A stretch of 64,000 nt of DNA from Bugula neritina (Eukaryota > Animalia > Bryozoa): the NCBI GenBank assembly GCA_964035545.1, contig OZ037772.1, positions 12,026,818 to 12,090,817 of the forward strand, in the 5' to 3' direction. How positions within the stretch are numbered: position 1 is the first letter of the stretch; every line of letters begins with the position of its first letter. A program made the translations under genes and the position numbers. Under the pieces are notes generated by a model. The model searched no databases. It had not been told where the DNA came from and saw only the letters and a program-made list of their open reading frames with translations. Of this stretch, positions 48,322 to 62,001 are shown one piece after another.

Positions 48322-50286
48322 ACAACTATAGTTTGTTGATAACTCAATGTGATAAAATTTTCTGCTGCAGCATGCAGTCAGAAATAGCTGACACTTTAAG
48401 ACACTAAGTATTCCAAGTACTGCAAGTACTTAAGTTACTTAAAATATTTCAAGTCCTCAGAATATCTCAAATACTTTTATTACTTGAGGCTGGTAAATTA
48501 CTATTATATATATATACAGCAGCTTATAATTTTGTAAGTATGGATTATTCACTAAATTATTTGCTAGTTTCTTACTCCTAATAAATAAAATATGGGTTTT
48601 AAAAAAGCTCTTCATGAGCAGATAAATCCTATTTTAGTTGCCAATGAGTACATATAAATGTGACCTCACAAACCAATGGCTCTCAGTCAATACTGCTTGC
48701 ACTTATACAGTAACACACCAATAAACCCACTTGGGATTAAGAGTCACCATCCCTGTCATAACACCTGATGTTTAAGGACTTTTTTACTATTTTAGAGGAA
48801 TTGTGCATGAATGCCCTTCTTTATGTCACCAATAGTCTTTACCTAGAATGCTCTAACTCCTAGACCAGGTCGTACATCAATTAAACTACTGACCCGTGTT
48901 TAATAAGTCAGTGCTTTAGCCCCTAGACCAGGCTGTACGTCAATGTACGTGATTACATATATGATGTATTCCTTAAGAGATATATGTGTGTATAGCTTTC
49001 AGGTATAATCTATTTCTAGCTCGTCATAAATTGTATATTAAAATATTAACTTAATTCAACTATTGTTAAAGAATTATATAGACTTTATCCGTCAGAGATT
49101 ACCGGTTGTTGAGCATTGTTATGTTATCTAGATGGGTTAAACCGACATAACTAGATAACTTTGTGGACATTTTGATCATTTTAAATTCAGGTTTGAGCAC
49201 GGCTGCAGCAATCGTTATGTCCTGAGTTAGATTCTTAACAGAGCATTACAAGTTAGAAGCAATAATAACCTAAATACCCAACACAATATTTTGATGGGAT
49301 AGTCTGGGGGGAGTATTGTAGGCTCACAAGGTTGAGTTTAAAGTGCTGATAAAAAAAAACTTTTTTGTATGAAAGTCTAATTTGATCATACAGGGCTCTC
49401 CAATAAGATACCTTGGCTATAAAAGTCTTAATAGTTTGACATATAAAACACAAAATTTGTTTGTTTAAAAAAGGCATAAAAACGTCAGCACCAGCTATTA
49501 TAGAGAAATTAAAGGAAGTCATGTATTAAAAAATGGTGGTAAAAAGAATAAATATTCAAAACTCGAGTTATAATATCAATGTGCGTGTTGCATTATCTTA
49601 AAGATGGCTAAATCCTATGTAAACCAAATCAATGAATTAAAAAGTAAGTATGTTGTAATATATTTCCATTCTTTTCTCAGCTCAGCTGTAATGAGAGAAT
49701 CACTGCATGGAGTCTACATTCTTATAGTCTACATGCATGCGATTGAGATACGAGATAATATTAAGAAACAAAATTATTTACAGCAATAGTTATTTAGCAA
49801 AAAATTAGGCAATCATTTTTGCTTTCTACAATTACTATAAAAATCTTACATCTTACAGGTATTGTTTTGTGTTATAGGCAGTATAGCTAGTAGATAAATG
49901 ACATGGCCTGAGCCAGATGTAACCTGCAATATCATTGGATATGCCTCATCATGTCATAACCTCTCTCAAACATTGTGCCCCAGAGGTCTAGCATATGCTA
50001 AACTCTTGTCATTCTCTGAAAATAATCGTGATAAACAAGGAAATGGAGCATGCTAACATAGTATTTGATTAGATAGACTGTGAATCATCAAACAGCTATG
50101 CTGTAGAATCCCAGCTACCAGTATGTAGCATAGAATGTTATCTATGGTTTTTGCAGCAAAAGTTAATTTGGTGAATCACATGAATGGTTGGGAGTGACAG
50201 CCTGAATAGGATATTCATTCTATCTCTGCTACTGCTACTAACTGCTGCATTCAGTATTTAGCTCACTCAGCCCATGTACAGCAAGG

Positions 50287-53200
50287 ATGGGGAAAGCTGC
50301 TGCTACAAGATGGATAATACTGTCTTTATTCATGGTGAGAATTTATATTTAGAATTTATATTTAGATTACATTATAGTTGAATGACATCTAAACGGATTT
50401 GAACTCAAGTACTGGGTAACTGCTGAGTAGCATTTTAATGAATCAAGCCACTCTTGAGTTTTCAGTCAGTATTCTCTACGCTAATTGTATTCTATTATGT
50501 TTATAAGACACATGAGGTCTTCCACTTTTAATCCAAAACCCATTCACAACATACTATAGCTTTATGTTATCATTATATCTAGTCTATTTTACTGTATCCA
50601 AAGTCTTAGTCTGGGTCCTCAGTTACTGAAGGTTTTAAGTTTCAGTTAAAGCATTTTTCCCAAATTAAGTAAAACTGCATCAAAGCAATAAAAGATTGAA
50701 TTATCAGTCTTAGTTTTAAATTATGGCTTCCAGACATGCTAGCAGCCCAGCTGAATTACTGCTTTCCATATTACATAACTCAGGGTTTTCATAACACAGT
50801 GATTAATCTTGCAGGCAGCCATTCTAGATGCAGCTTTAGCTAGTACAGGGAGTTACATCGCCCCCAGTTTCAATATTTCAGTCAGCACAGGTATGTGACA
50901 CTCTATTCATAACATATTTGTCTAAAATTTCCATCTCATTCTATGAGAATTCCTGCATGATGGGTAAAGACTCCCACCATGCTGGCAACAGAAAGCTGAA
51001 CCGATAAATCTAAACATTCCAAGCAAAGGCTGGTGACTAGGCCTCTTACCATTTTGATTATCTTTAGGGCTTCTGCCTGTAGTGAAGGAGTAATTATGAC
51101 TTAATATGTCCTTCCTGACATTCCTAATGGCTTTGTCAGAACTTTAACCTTTGACCTAGTGTTGTACATAGAGAAGTGCTCCAATCACTAGACCACAGCA
51201 GCTCTCCTGTTTTACCAAATTTGTAAGGTCATTCAACTGTTTGCATTTATTGGTCACTCAAAACATAGAAAACTATTGGAAGCAGCACGAAATTGGAGAT
51301 CACTGAGTGCAGTAGCATGCAAATACTGTATTAGGTCACCTCCAACTCAGTGCTGCTTTTAGCGATGCTCCAATCTGTGAAAATCCATAACTCATACAAT
51401 ATAATTGATTAGAGTTTGAATATTGCTGAATGAAGAATTTACAGTCACTTACAATGTAAGTTGCTAGAGATGCTATACATTGTGTCAAGTTCTACTTGAG
51501 TTGGAATATATTTTTGCAGGTAACAGCTCAACTTCGTCAACTACTAGAAGAGGGACAACTCCTACTACTCCATCCACCACAGGTAGGGTTATTACAATTA
51601 TTAGTCCTAATGCATCATATCTGATCTAGCAATATTATATTTATACCTGCTAAACTATATATCTGATCTAGAAATATTATACACCTGTTTTCCTATATAT
51701 ATAGGTCATAGGTTCAAGTTACGTAATAGTTGATCTTATATAATATAATGTCATTTCACAAATTACCTCATCAGCTTTACATCTCTTCACATTATATACA
51801 CTTTTGAATTTATACAATTATACACTTTGCATTGCCTAGTAGAGTGGCAATTCAACAGAATCCTAAAACTTGTACCATGGTAAACAAATTTCAACATAAA
51901 TCTGTGAGTCTTTCATTTCTCCAAGCAACAGAATTTAAGGAAACATGAGTAAATATTTTATGTTTTGCAAATCAAAAGATGGTTACGTTGGAATGTTAGT
52001 TTCAAACAGAAAATGGATAAAGCAGGCAGCAGTCAGCGAGTCATAAGATTGTTGTATTCTCTGTTTCATTGTTTAGCCCAGACTTCCTTCCCACCACTTC
52101 CTTCATCTCCAATCAGCTCTGCCAGCCCCATAGGAGGAACACAGCAAGGTATTCAGATATACTTACTAGGAACACAGGCTAGATCTTGTCCTGTTTGCTT
52201 TAGAATATAAGCTATATTCTTTCTCATGTGTGAATAGTGTCTGTAATCATCAACAATGTGCATATGTGCATGTGTATATGTGTATACTATTATGTATGAG
52301 TATGCATATGGAATATATATGTATGGATATATGTATAAAATGTGTGTATATGTATAACATAATGTGTATATGTCTATATATAGTACATGTGTATTGCATG
52401 TATAGATGTGTATATATGCACATTATATTATGTGTATATGTGTATATATGTACATTATATACATATATGTATATGTGTATATATGTACATTATATGTGTA
52501 TATATGTATATGTGTATATATGTATATGTGTATATATGTACATTATATGTGTATATATGTATATGTGTATATATGTATATGTGTATATATGTACCTTATA
52601 TGTGTATATATGTACATTATATATGTATATATGAATATGCATGTATATGTATATATCTGTGTTGTGTTGTTATCATGTACTTAACAAAAGTGTTCTACTA
52701 ATAGATATACAAAGCAGCATTTATTTGCAGGTATCTCGAATACATACTCTGTGTTAATAATAGCAACAATTCTACCTATAGCAGGAATTGTCTTGATAAT
52801 TGTGATCATAGCATGTGTCGTTGTCCATCAACGTAAGAGGTCCAGGAGAAAGGGGTAAGTGTTTTGCTAGCTGCTTTCTTAGCACAGCGTAGCGCAGCGT
52901 AGCACAGCATGGTGTAAGTTATGTCACATAGTGTACTTTACATTCACCGGCTTTCCATGTACCGATCTCAGATCGATCTCGGCGAGATCGATCCATGGAA
53001 AGACGCCAAAGATCGATCTCAGTCGTTCTGAGCTGGTCGGTCTGTAGGGCTCGAACTCAGATCGATCTCATGTCAATAAGACCATGGAAAGACACCAGAT
53101 CGATCTGAGAAGTAGAAAAAGACTGCGCGCTACAATGTTGTCTGCTAATAAAAATGATAACTTAGTGATAATTACTAAGCAAAGTATTAAATAATTATGA

Positions 53201-55274
53201 TAGCCACCTTTTCAGATGCCAAAACTTTGACTTTCAGTACAACGATTAAGAAAACTCAATTATATGCAGTAGAAGGTAAAAAAATGGGAGAATTTAAATT
53301 GAATTTAAATGACTATTAAAACTTAGTTTCATTAGCTATTTTCTTTGTAATTTTAAGCCTAACATTCCTGTAAGTTTATTAATAATCTGCAAGACAGCCA
53401 TTAATTTTATATAAGCTGTCTAGCTAAAAAATTAAAATGGTTTATTTTAAATTGGCCAAATTACCATACACTGAAAGCTTTGCTGCGTATAGTTTATAAC
53501 TGGGATTAAATTTTAGACTAAGACCATCTTGTTTTCAGCAGTAGTAGCTTTAATCACTCAAATAGGTAAACAAAATATACTTTTAAAGTATCCTTCACTT
53601 AAGAGGAGGCAACTTCGCGAGATCGATCTGCCACTCTCATGGAAAAACGATCGATCTAAGCACATTTCTCAGATCGATCTCAGCGAGATCGATCTGAGAT
53701 CGGTACATGGAAAGCCCGTGATTGTATTACAACATCGTTTAGCTTATGAAGCATATATATATAATATTATAGTTCTCTAAAGAATATTGATTGAGATTGT
53801 AGAATTTCTCAAAGGCCTTTGTGGGTTGAAAATATTAGGAAAAGTTTATGTAACCGAAAGCTTCAATAAACATTTAGTTTGTTGCTGAGTCATGTTTTAT
53901 CCCAAAACATTGTTCATCTTTAACAGCAAAAAGGATGCCTAAACTGAAAGAAAGATGCTTTACTAGTATTATTTTCATAACAAACCTTTTAAAGTTGTAT
54001 TATCAAATACAAATTATACAAATCTCAGCACTGTGACAGTAGTTTAACACAAATGTTCTAAATATGAGATTTAATTGGTGACTTTTAAAATGTTTCAGCC
54101 GACTGAATCACCAATTCCAGCCTACCGGCAGCGTCAGCAGACATGGCATCCAAGATCCAAGTGAGTTTAATTTCACTACACTGTATAGATTTGCTAATAA
54201 AATAAATTTAGATTGTAAGATAGTATGATCTGTAGTAGGAAGAGAAAAAACAAACATCTTTATTGACTCTTAGCAATTATCATCATCAATAGTCATGTAT
54301 AAAGTTTACAATTCTGTAGCTTGAAGACATGCTCTGTAGAACTCTTTGTCTGTACGTGTTTCAGCTTTCAACTCCCACCTTCTCCGCACAGAGTCAGTGA
54401 AGAGTGATGACTATTACCAAACAGTCACAGCAGACAATGGGCTGATACTACATTCGGGTGCTAGTCCTTCTTACAGTTCCAGGTGAGCAGGAAGTGCATG
54501 CCTATTGACTGCGACTCAAATCAATGTATATATGAAACACTGTCAGGATCCAATGAAAAGTCTTGTTGTATGACGTACCCCAATCATATGTAAAGATATT
54601 TAACTGCTTGTAGAAATGGCCCCCTGCCACGCCCACCTGTGGAAGTGCCAACCCAGCACATTGTTGGAGAGGAATACAGCTATGCATACAATAAAGGGTT
54701 TACCCAGAGTACACTTCCTAGCAGTAGTCAGCTGACTCAGAGCAAAACAGTCGACCAATCAAATTACGACACCATTATTACTGATGCTGCCGGATATTAC
54801 GGCAGCATAACCACTCAGTCAGAGTCTCCATATCCTGTAGAACTCACTTCACCAACAAGTAGTGCAGCAAACGGTTATATCGGACCTGACGTGGTGTCTA
54901 CTGGAGCTGATGGCGTTATGTCACAGCATGACCTGATAGAATTAGACACTTTCTCTAAAGACATGAATAGTTCTGAGTTACTTGAGTCAGGTGATATGGT
55001 GGGATATTTTGGACCTGACATAGTTGATACGTGTGAAAACAAGGATTTAACACTTGATTATAGACCTAGTGTGACCGATACACACCGTGGGAATATGGCT
55101 GCAGTGCATTGTGTGAACAACAAAACTAATGAAACTCGTCTCACTAATGAACCCTTAAGCAACGTGCCTCCAAATTCTATCAAACAGGATAAAATAGAGA
55201 ATAAGTTTATTAGAAACAATAAAATGAATGAGCATGTAGATATGACATCATCTCAATACGTTGACATATATTAA
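50287..55274 (+). CDS. Single-pass membrane protein with Ser/Thr-rich short ectodomain and long Tyr-motif tail (~407 aa); family member B1
   Basis: Exons 50287-50334, 50815-50890, 51520-51582, 52077-52148, 52731-52854, 54099-54160, 54365-54482, 54614-55274 (phases 0,1,1,1,2,1,2). Signal [25 protein letters not shown]; [36 protein letters not shown]; tail [45 protein letters not shown]. Confidence 0.8.
50960..51150 (-). mobile_element. Possible old tRNA-derived SINE fragment; related A-box-like fragments at ~48850-48935
   Basis: Minus strand reads gctgtggtctagtgattggagcac...ggttaaagttc (A-box-like and degenerate B-box-like). Confidence 0.3.
52260..52660 (+). repeat. Degenerate (TATG/TA)n low-complexity repeat
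   Basis: Direct inspection. Confidence 0.9.
52941..53724. mobile_element. MITE (~784 bp) with ~40-bp TIRs and repeated AGATCGATCT palindromes
   Basis: Left cattcaccggctttccatgtaccgatctcagatcgatctcg mirrors right cgagatcgatctgagatcggtacatggaaagcccgtgattg, flanked by TA. Absent from the equivalent intron of paralogue B2. Confidence 0.85.
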
Positions 55275-55479
55275 GTAGGTATTGAAGGCTACATATTTAG
55301 TTTGTTGTTGATACTATCACTTGGTGCACAATTAGTGAGTTTTTAAGTTGTAGGCCTATCTATGGAGTTTTCTCTACAACGTATGCAATTTATGCATTAA
55401 ACAACAGAGATTGCTTCCACAGTTTAAGAATACTATAGTGGAGGCAATACTCTGTAGAAAAGCTAATTGAATTCCATCA

Positions 55480-55690
55480 TTTTACTAGCTTTAGTTTCTA
55501 TACTTTACTAGCTTTAGTTTCTATACTTTACTAGCCTTAGTTTCTATACTTTACTAGCCTAAGTTTCTATACTTTACTAGCCTTAGTTTCTATACTTTAC
55601 TAGCCTTAGTTTCTATACTTTACTAGCCTTAGTTTCTATACTCTACTAGCCCTAGTTTCTATACTTTACTACCTTTTGTTTCTATACTAG
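55480..55690 (+). repeat. 24-bp minisatellite (ttttactagccttagtttctatac) downstream of B1; ~3 copies at the paralogous site 60716-60795
   Basis: About 8-9 tandem copies. Confidence 0.9.
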
Positions 55691-56540
55691 TCTCTACATG
55701 TTAATAAGCTGCGTCTATGCGTTTTACCATGTTTGGTGTTTTATATTTGGCTCATTGTATAAAAAAATTCCTTTCAATATTTTAAAACTTAAAATATAAA
55801 AAGCAAACAATTATTTAAAATAGAATTATGTTTTTCGAATTTGTAGAAAGAAATTTAACAGCATTGCTGAGAAAGTTATTTCAACAGACAGACTTTATAA
55901 TTAATGTTGCTAATCACACCCTTGGCCTACTGCTGGACAGTATACATATCCTTGCTCGAGCTAACTTTAGTATAACTCTGTAGTGAGAGAATCACTGCAT
56001 ATAGTTTACATGCTTGAGATTGAGATATGAAATATTTAGTAAAAGCAGTTCAATTAGTTACTTCCTTTGCACGGACATAATAAAATATAATTAGCGTTTT
56101 GTAGACAGCTTCAATTTCTTGCATTATATTATCAAGATAGCACATGTACGAACATCTTAAGCTGTAAGTTGAAACTATATTATCTATGCTAAAGCTTATA
56201 GCTATATATGTTGAAATATTTATTGACAGGATAAAGAAGGAAATGACATCATTCACTTGAAGTAAACAAGCTGTGAATGGTCAACAACTAGTTGGCTATC
56301 AGTATAGTGTGAGTTGTTATTTGTAAGTGTTACAGTAACAATTACTAGTTGTGTGAATCACATGCTATGTTAGGACTGATATTGTAGCTTTGGTTATTAC
56401 ATTCATTTACTGGTCTATCTCTGCTACTAACTACTGCATTTAGTGTTGAGTTTATAGTCTTACATACTCCGTAACTGGGGATAAGATTTCCTTACATCTG
56501 TGGGTTTAATCATAGGAACTAATACATACTGACTTCATTC

Positions 56541-59500
56541 ATGGTAAGTAACTATATTAGCATGTTATATAACTTACCATTGGATCGTAACATCACTGCC
56601 TAACACGTATTTGAACTGAAGTGAGTTTATTATGAGATAAATTTATTTTTGTGACTAGTTCATGCTGCTAGCTTATTAAATAGAAATACACAAAAAGTGT
56701 AAAATAGCTTAAAAACAGTGCACATGTACAGAATATAAATTAATTTTACTTGCTTTAAGTAAGACCTTCAAAAACACACAAAATTTACAAAAATAAAATG
56801 TTAGAAAGTTAGAAAGATTGTAATATATTTTTCCCTCCTTATCTGAAGTTGGTTATACATTAGCCTATGGATATAGAATAAAATAAAGTAGAAATTTTGG
56901 AAGGGTAAAGTGGGTATCCTCCTATAACTGATAATATATTCCATAAACAGAGCTAACTTTTCAAAACACAATATTATTTAGGTATTGCGTGGTATAACCA
57001 GCAAATCTGGAATGATTAGGTCAAACTGCTGGTCTATTCTTTATATCACAACCTAATTATTGTTTGGCTAAATTTGTAAAATGCTACAAATAACATTATA
57101 TACTTCCTAGACATATTTATATCAGCATCTTGGTTATGATATGTTAATTATAATCTCTAATTCCATAGTTCATATCCGCATACTTGATCATCTGTTTATT
57201 GCAAAACAATTGCTATTCTAATGCAATGATTTATGCAAGTTGTTGAGTAAACATGTCAATAAGGAAATAATGTGTATTTCACCCACCCTGTATATGTTTT
57301 GAGCAGGTGCTTGCAGCCGAATACAAAGAAATTGCTGAGTTGTATGTGTTTTCCTTTCTATTTGTTCTCTTGGAATAAAAATAAATATTACACAAACTCT
57401 AGTATATGGCATAATGCTGTTAAATATGTATTATTATTGTTTTGCTAAAATAATGTATAGCAAAGCTTGAAAAACAAGCCTGGCTGTGCTTTAACAATGA
57501 AAGCACTACACCATTTAAAAATAAAACTCCCTCTTGCAATATGTTTCTTTCTGTAACTGTATTGTAGGCTGCTCTACCAGGTGTAACATCCAATAACACA
57601 GGAAATGCTGACACACCCCCTTCTATCACCCCTGGCACAGGTCAGTAGGAATAAAAAAGTTGCTTGCTGCCTTTACTGCATGGAAAATACAGTGCGTTGT
57701 GTGAATCAGTGAATTCTTTACATGGTAAAGATGTTTTTGTATAAAACACAGTGAATGCATGTATGGAGAGCTCAAATAACATATATATATATATATATAA
57801 CAATAAATGTGCAATATAATATACACTCTTTTATAAAGAAATTGTTTTTTGTTCACAAAGTAATATTTATACTAAAGAAGTAAAAACATGGTCAACAATT
57901 TTCGTCAACTCTTTTACAAGACAATTTATTCTTTCTACAGATGGCAGTTTCACCACATCAACTCTATCTACTACTAGTGGAAAATCAACTTCTACTCTAT
58001 CTACTCCAGGTTAGTTAGTATCCAGGAGAACTGATTCAATACTAAAAGAGCTTATTATAGTATACAGAAGTAAACTAAGTTGTCAGTAAATTAGTAAAAG
58101 CTATCTAAATTTATTAGTGTGAGTATTAGTATTAGTATTTTTTTATATTATTAGTAGCAGTATTGGTAAATGTCACTGTATTTAACAGTGTAGTTATTTA
58201 GTATTAGTAACTGTCACTGTATTTAACAATGTAGTTATTTAATGTTAGTATTGTATTTTAAGCATTAGTATTGAAATACTTGTCATGATTTATTATAGTA
58301 TAAGTTTTAGTAATAAAAACAATCTATATAACTTATTAGGATAAGTGACATTTCTATTAGTAGGTGGATAGTACTAGTATTACTGTAAGTATTATCTATA
58401 TTTATATTTATTATTTCTATTCTATTTTCTAGTTCAAAGATCTCTTCCACAAATCAGTTCTAGCAGTCCCATAGGTGTGACTCATCAAGGTATGCATACT
58501 TCATACTTGTTAAGAACACAGGCTACATATTTCTGGGAATTTCCCAAACGCTAGTATATAAGTCAAAATCCCTGAGCATGCTCTATGAAGACAGGGACTC
58601 AATATACTTATATGATTTTAATTGTTAACAATGAATGTAGATGGTTTGTATACCAGAATTATCTTATCCTGTATGAAAAGCATCCAATGACTGCACTTTA
58701 CACGACAAATTGCATGTAAAACACAGAGACATTTTGTTTATAAATTTGTAGGCATTTCCAATGGAAACATTGTGGTGATACTGGGAACAGTTATACCTGT
58801 AGCAGTAATTGCTGTGGTTATTGGAATTGTTGTCACAGTGTTCTTTCTCATCCGTCTGTGCAATAGGCCAAACAGACAGAGGTACAGATAAGTTTTTTTT
58901 TCTGTTTCCTTTACACATTGTAGCACAGATGTTTATATAGCGCAATTCATAGTGTAGGCTGTATAGCATAGAGAGAGAGGGAGAGGGGTGAGAAGATGGG
59001 AGAGAGGGAGAAAGGGAGAGAGGGGGAGAGGGGGAGAGGGGGAGGTTATTCTGAAATATCAAATAATGCACCTCTACATAATTTACTGCAGTTATTACGT
59101 CATATTTCAGTCTACTGACTCACCATTTTCAGCCTGAAGGCAACATCAGAAAACAAGGTACCCCACACTTAAGTAAGTCAAATATTACTGACAGATATTC
59201 TAAAAACATTATAAAAGTAACATAGTATTCTATTTGCTCATCAACAGAAGTTACATTGCAATATATAATTTGTATACTAATAACTTGTAGCAATTGGCAT
59301 AGCCTATAATATATAGTTTCATGTCTTTTTGCCATAGCCTGTAAATCTCAACACACAATTTTCAATGAGGCTGCTAACTTGTTTCAGGATACATCACCCC
59401 TGTTTCTCGCAAAAACTCAGTGAAGAGTGATGACTACTACCTAACAGTTACTGCAGATGACGGGTTAATAATACAACCGGGTTCTAATCCTTCCCACAAT

Positions 59501-60168
59501 TCCAGGTGAGCCAGAGATGTACATGGATTTATCAACTTGTGTTGAAAAACTTATCAATATGAAAATTATTCTAGCACGCAGCCACATTTATTGCTATGCA
59601 ATGACTTGTATAGCTGTTGTCTTATAATAATCTAGTATCTTCATAATAGTACATGTGAAAGGTAGTAGCTTTCTACAACGAATACCAGCACATTTGTTTT
59701 GTAACTACTTGTGCCTTTGTCTCCAGTAGAAATGGCCCCCTGCCACGCCCACCTGTGGAAGTGCCAACCCAGCACATGGTTGGAGAGGAATACAGCTATG
59801 CATACAATAAGGAGTTTACCCAGAATACACTTTCTAGCTGTAGTCAGCTGACTCAGAGCAATACAGTCGACCAATCAGATCACAGCACCAATATGGCTGA
59901 TGCTGACGGATATTACGGCAGCATAACCACTCACTCAAAGTCTCCATATCCTGTAGAACCCACTTCACCAACAAGTAGTGCAGCAGACGGCTATATCGGA
60001 CCTGACGTGGTGTCTACTGGAGCTGATGGCGTTATGTCACAGCATGACGTGATAGAATTAGACACTTTCTCTAAAGACATGAATAGTTCTGAGTTACTTG
60101 AGTCAGGTGATATGGTGGGATATTTTGGACCAGACATAGTTCCTACATATGAAAACAAAGATCTATAG
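56541..60168 (+). CDS. Family member B2: no signal peptide, C-terminally truncated (~316 aa)
   Basis: Exons 56541-56543 (ATG|GT), 57568-57640, 57941-58009, 58433-58489, 58752-58881, 59111-59172, 59388-59505, 59730(or 59727)-60168. Same phases as B1; exons 6 and 7 have the same lengths as in B1 (62, 118). Premature TAG at 60166-60168; the remaining tail continues out of frame to 60511. Confidence 0.7.
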
Positions 60169-61097
60169 GGGTTGATAGTAAACCCAGTGTGATGGATACA
60201 CACCATGAAATCATGGCTGCAGTGTATCATGGAAACATGACTGTATTGCATCATGGAAACATGGCTGTATTGCATCATAGAAGCTGCAACACTAATGAAA
60301 CGCCAGTGTGATCGATACACACCGTGGGAATATGGCTGCAGTGCATTGTGTGAACAACAATACTAATGAAACTCGTCTCACTAATGAACCCTTAAGCAAC
60401 GTGCCTCCAAATTCTATCATACAGGATAAAATAGAGAATAAGTTTAATAGAAACAATAAAATGAATGAGCATGTAGATATGACATCATCTCAATACGTTG
60501 ACATATATTAAGTATGTATTATACACATATTTAGTTTGTTGTTGATACTATCACTTGGTGCACAATTAAGGAGTTTTTAAGTTGTAGGTCTATCTATGGA
60601 GTTTTTCTCCAACATAAGGCAATCTATGCATTAAACAACAGAGATTGCTTCCACAGTTTAAGAATACTATAGTGGAGGCAATATACTTTGTACAAAAGCT
60701 AATTGAATGTCATCATTTTATTAGCTTTAGTTTCTATACTTTACTAGCTTTAGTTTCTATAATTTACTAGCCTTAGTTTCTATATTCTACTAGCCTGTAC
60801 ATGTTAGTATGCCCCATATATGAGTTTTATCATGTTTGGTGTCTTATTGGCTTATCGTACAAAATTTACAATTAAAATAGGTTCATTCATTTCAAAATTT
60901 TAAAACTTAAAATATATAAAAAGAAAGGATGATTTGACGTTTTTTAAACTATAGAAAGAAATCAAAATGCATTGCTAAAATAGAAAAATCTGTTTGTTAC
61001 ACAGGCAGCTGATGATCTGAGCAGATGAAGCTGAAATATAGTAAATTGTCGTATATTATACTATAATGTCTTATATAAACTACTATAGACAGAATTA

Positions 61098-61250
61098 TAT
61101 CTAATGTTGCTAATCACACCCTTGGCCTACTGTTAGACAGTATATATATCCTTGGCCTACTGTTAGACAGTATATATACCCTTGGCCTACTGTTAGACAG
61201 TATATATTGTATACCCTTGGCCTACTGTTAGACAGTATATATATCCTTGC
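61098..61250 (+). repeat. 30-bp minisatellite (cccttggcctactgttagacagtatatata) x4; single copy at paralogous 55919
   Basis: Direct inspection. Confidence 0.9.
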
Positions 61251-62001
61251 TCGCGCTAGTTTCAACATAAATGGTAGGTTATATCTAAAATAGACTTTGT
61301 CAAACTCACAAAGCAAACAGTCATCTTGAGTAGATCATCTTAATTTTATATTTACGGCTTGAAGCTTCAATAATACACCATTCAATTAAGTGGTAAATAT
61401 ATTATTGCAAGATAGTTCCATTCTTTTCTCAGCTCAGCTGTAGTGAGAAAACCACTGTAATTTACATGCATGTGTCTTGGATGTAAAATATTTATTAAAA
61501 ACAACTTAATCAGTTTCTTTTTTTTCATGGACATCATAAAATATAATTAGCATTTTGTTGCCGGCTTCAACCCCTTACACTATAGTCAAGATAACACATT
61601 TCTAAATACCTCTAAGTTGTAAGTTGAAACTATATTATATGCTAAAGCTTTTAGTTGAAGTATTTAGCTTTATGTTGAAATATTTATTGACAAGATAAAG
61701 GAGGAAATGACATCATTCACTTGAAGTAAACAAACTATAAATGAACAACAGCCAGTTGGCTACCTGCAGTATAGTGTAAGGTGTTCTCTGTAAGTGTTGG
61801 AGCAACCACTAATCTGTCGAATCACATGCTATGTTAGGACTGATATTGTAGCTTTGGTTATTACATTCATTCACTGGTCTATCTCTGCTACTAACTGCTG
61901 CATTTAGTGTTGAGTTTACAGTCTTACATATTCTGTAACTAGGGATACAGTTTCCTTGCATCCGTGGGTTTTAATCAAAGTAACTTATACTGATATCAGT
62001 C

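Noticed and set aside
52230-52701. Tyr/Cys/Met-rich ORFs in three frames
   Set aside because: Low-complexity (TATG)n intronic repeat.
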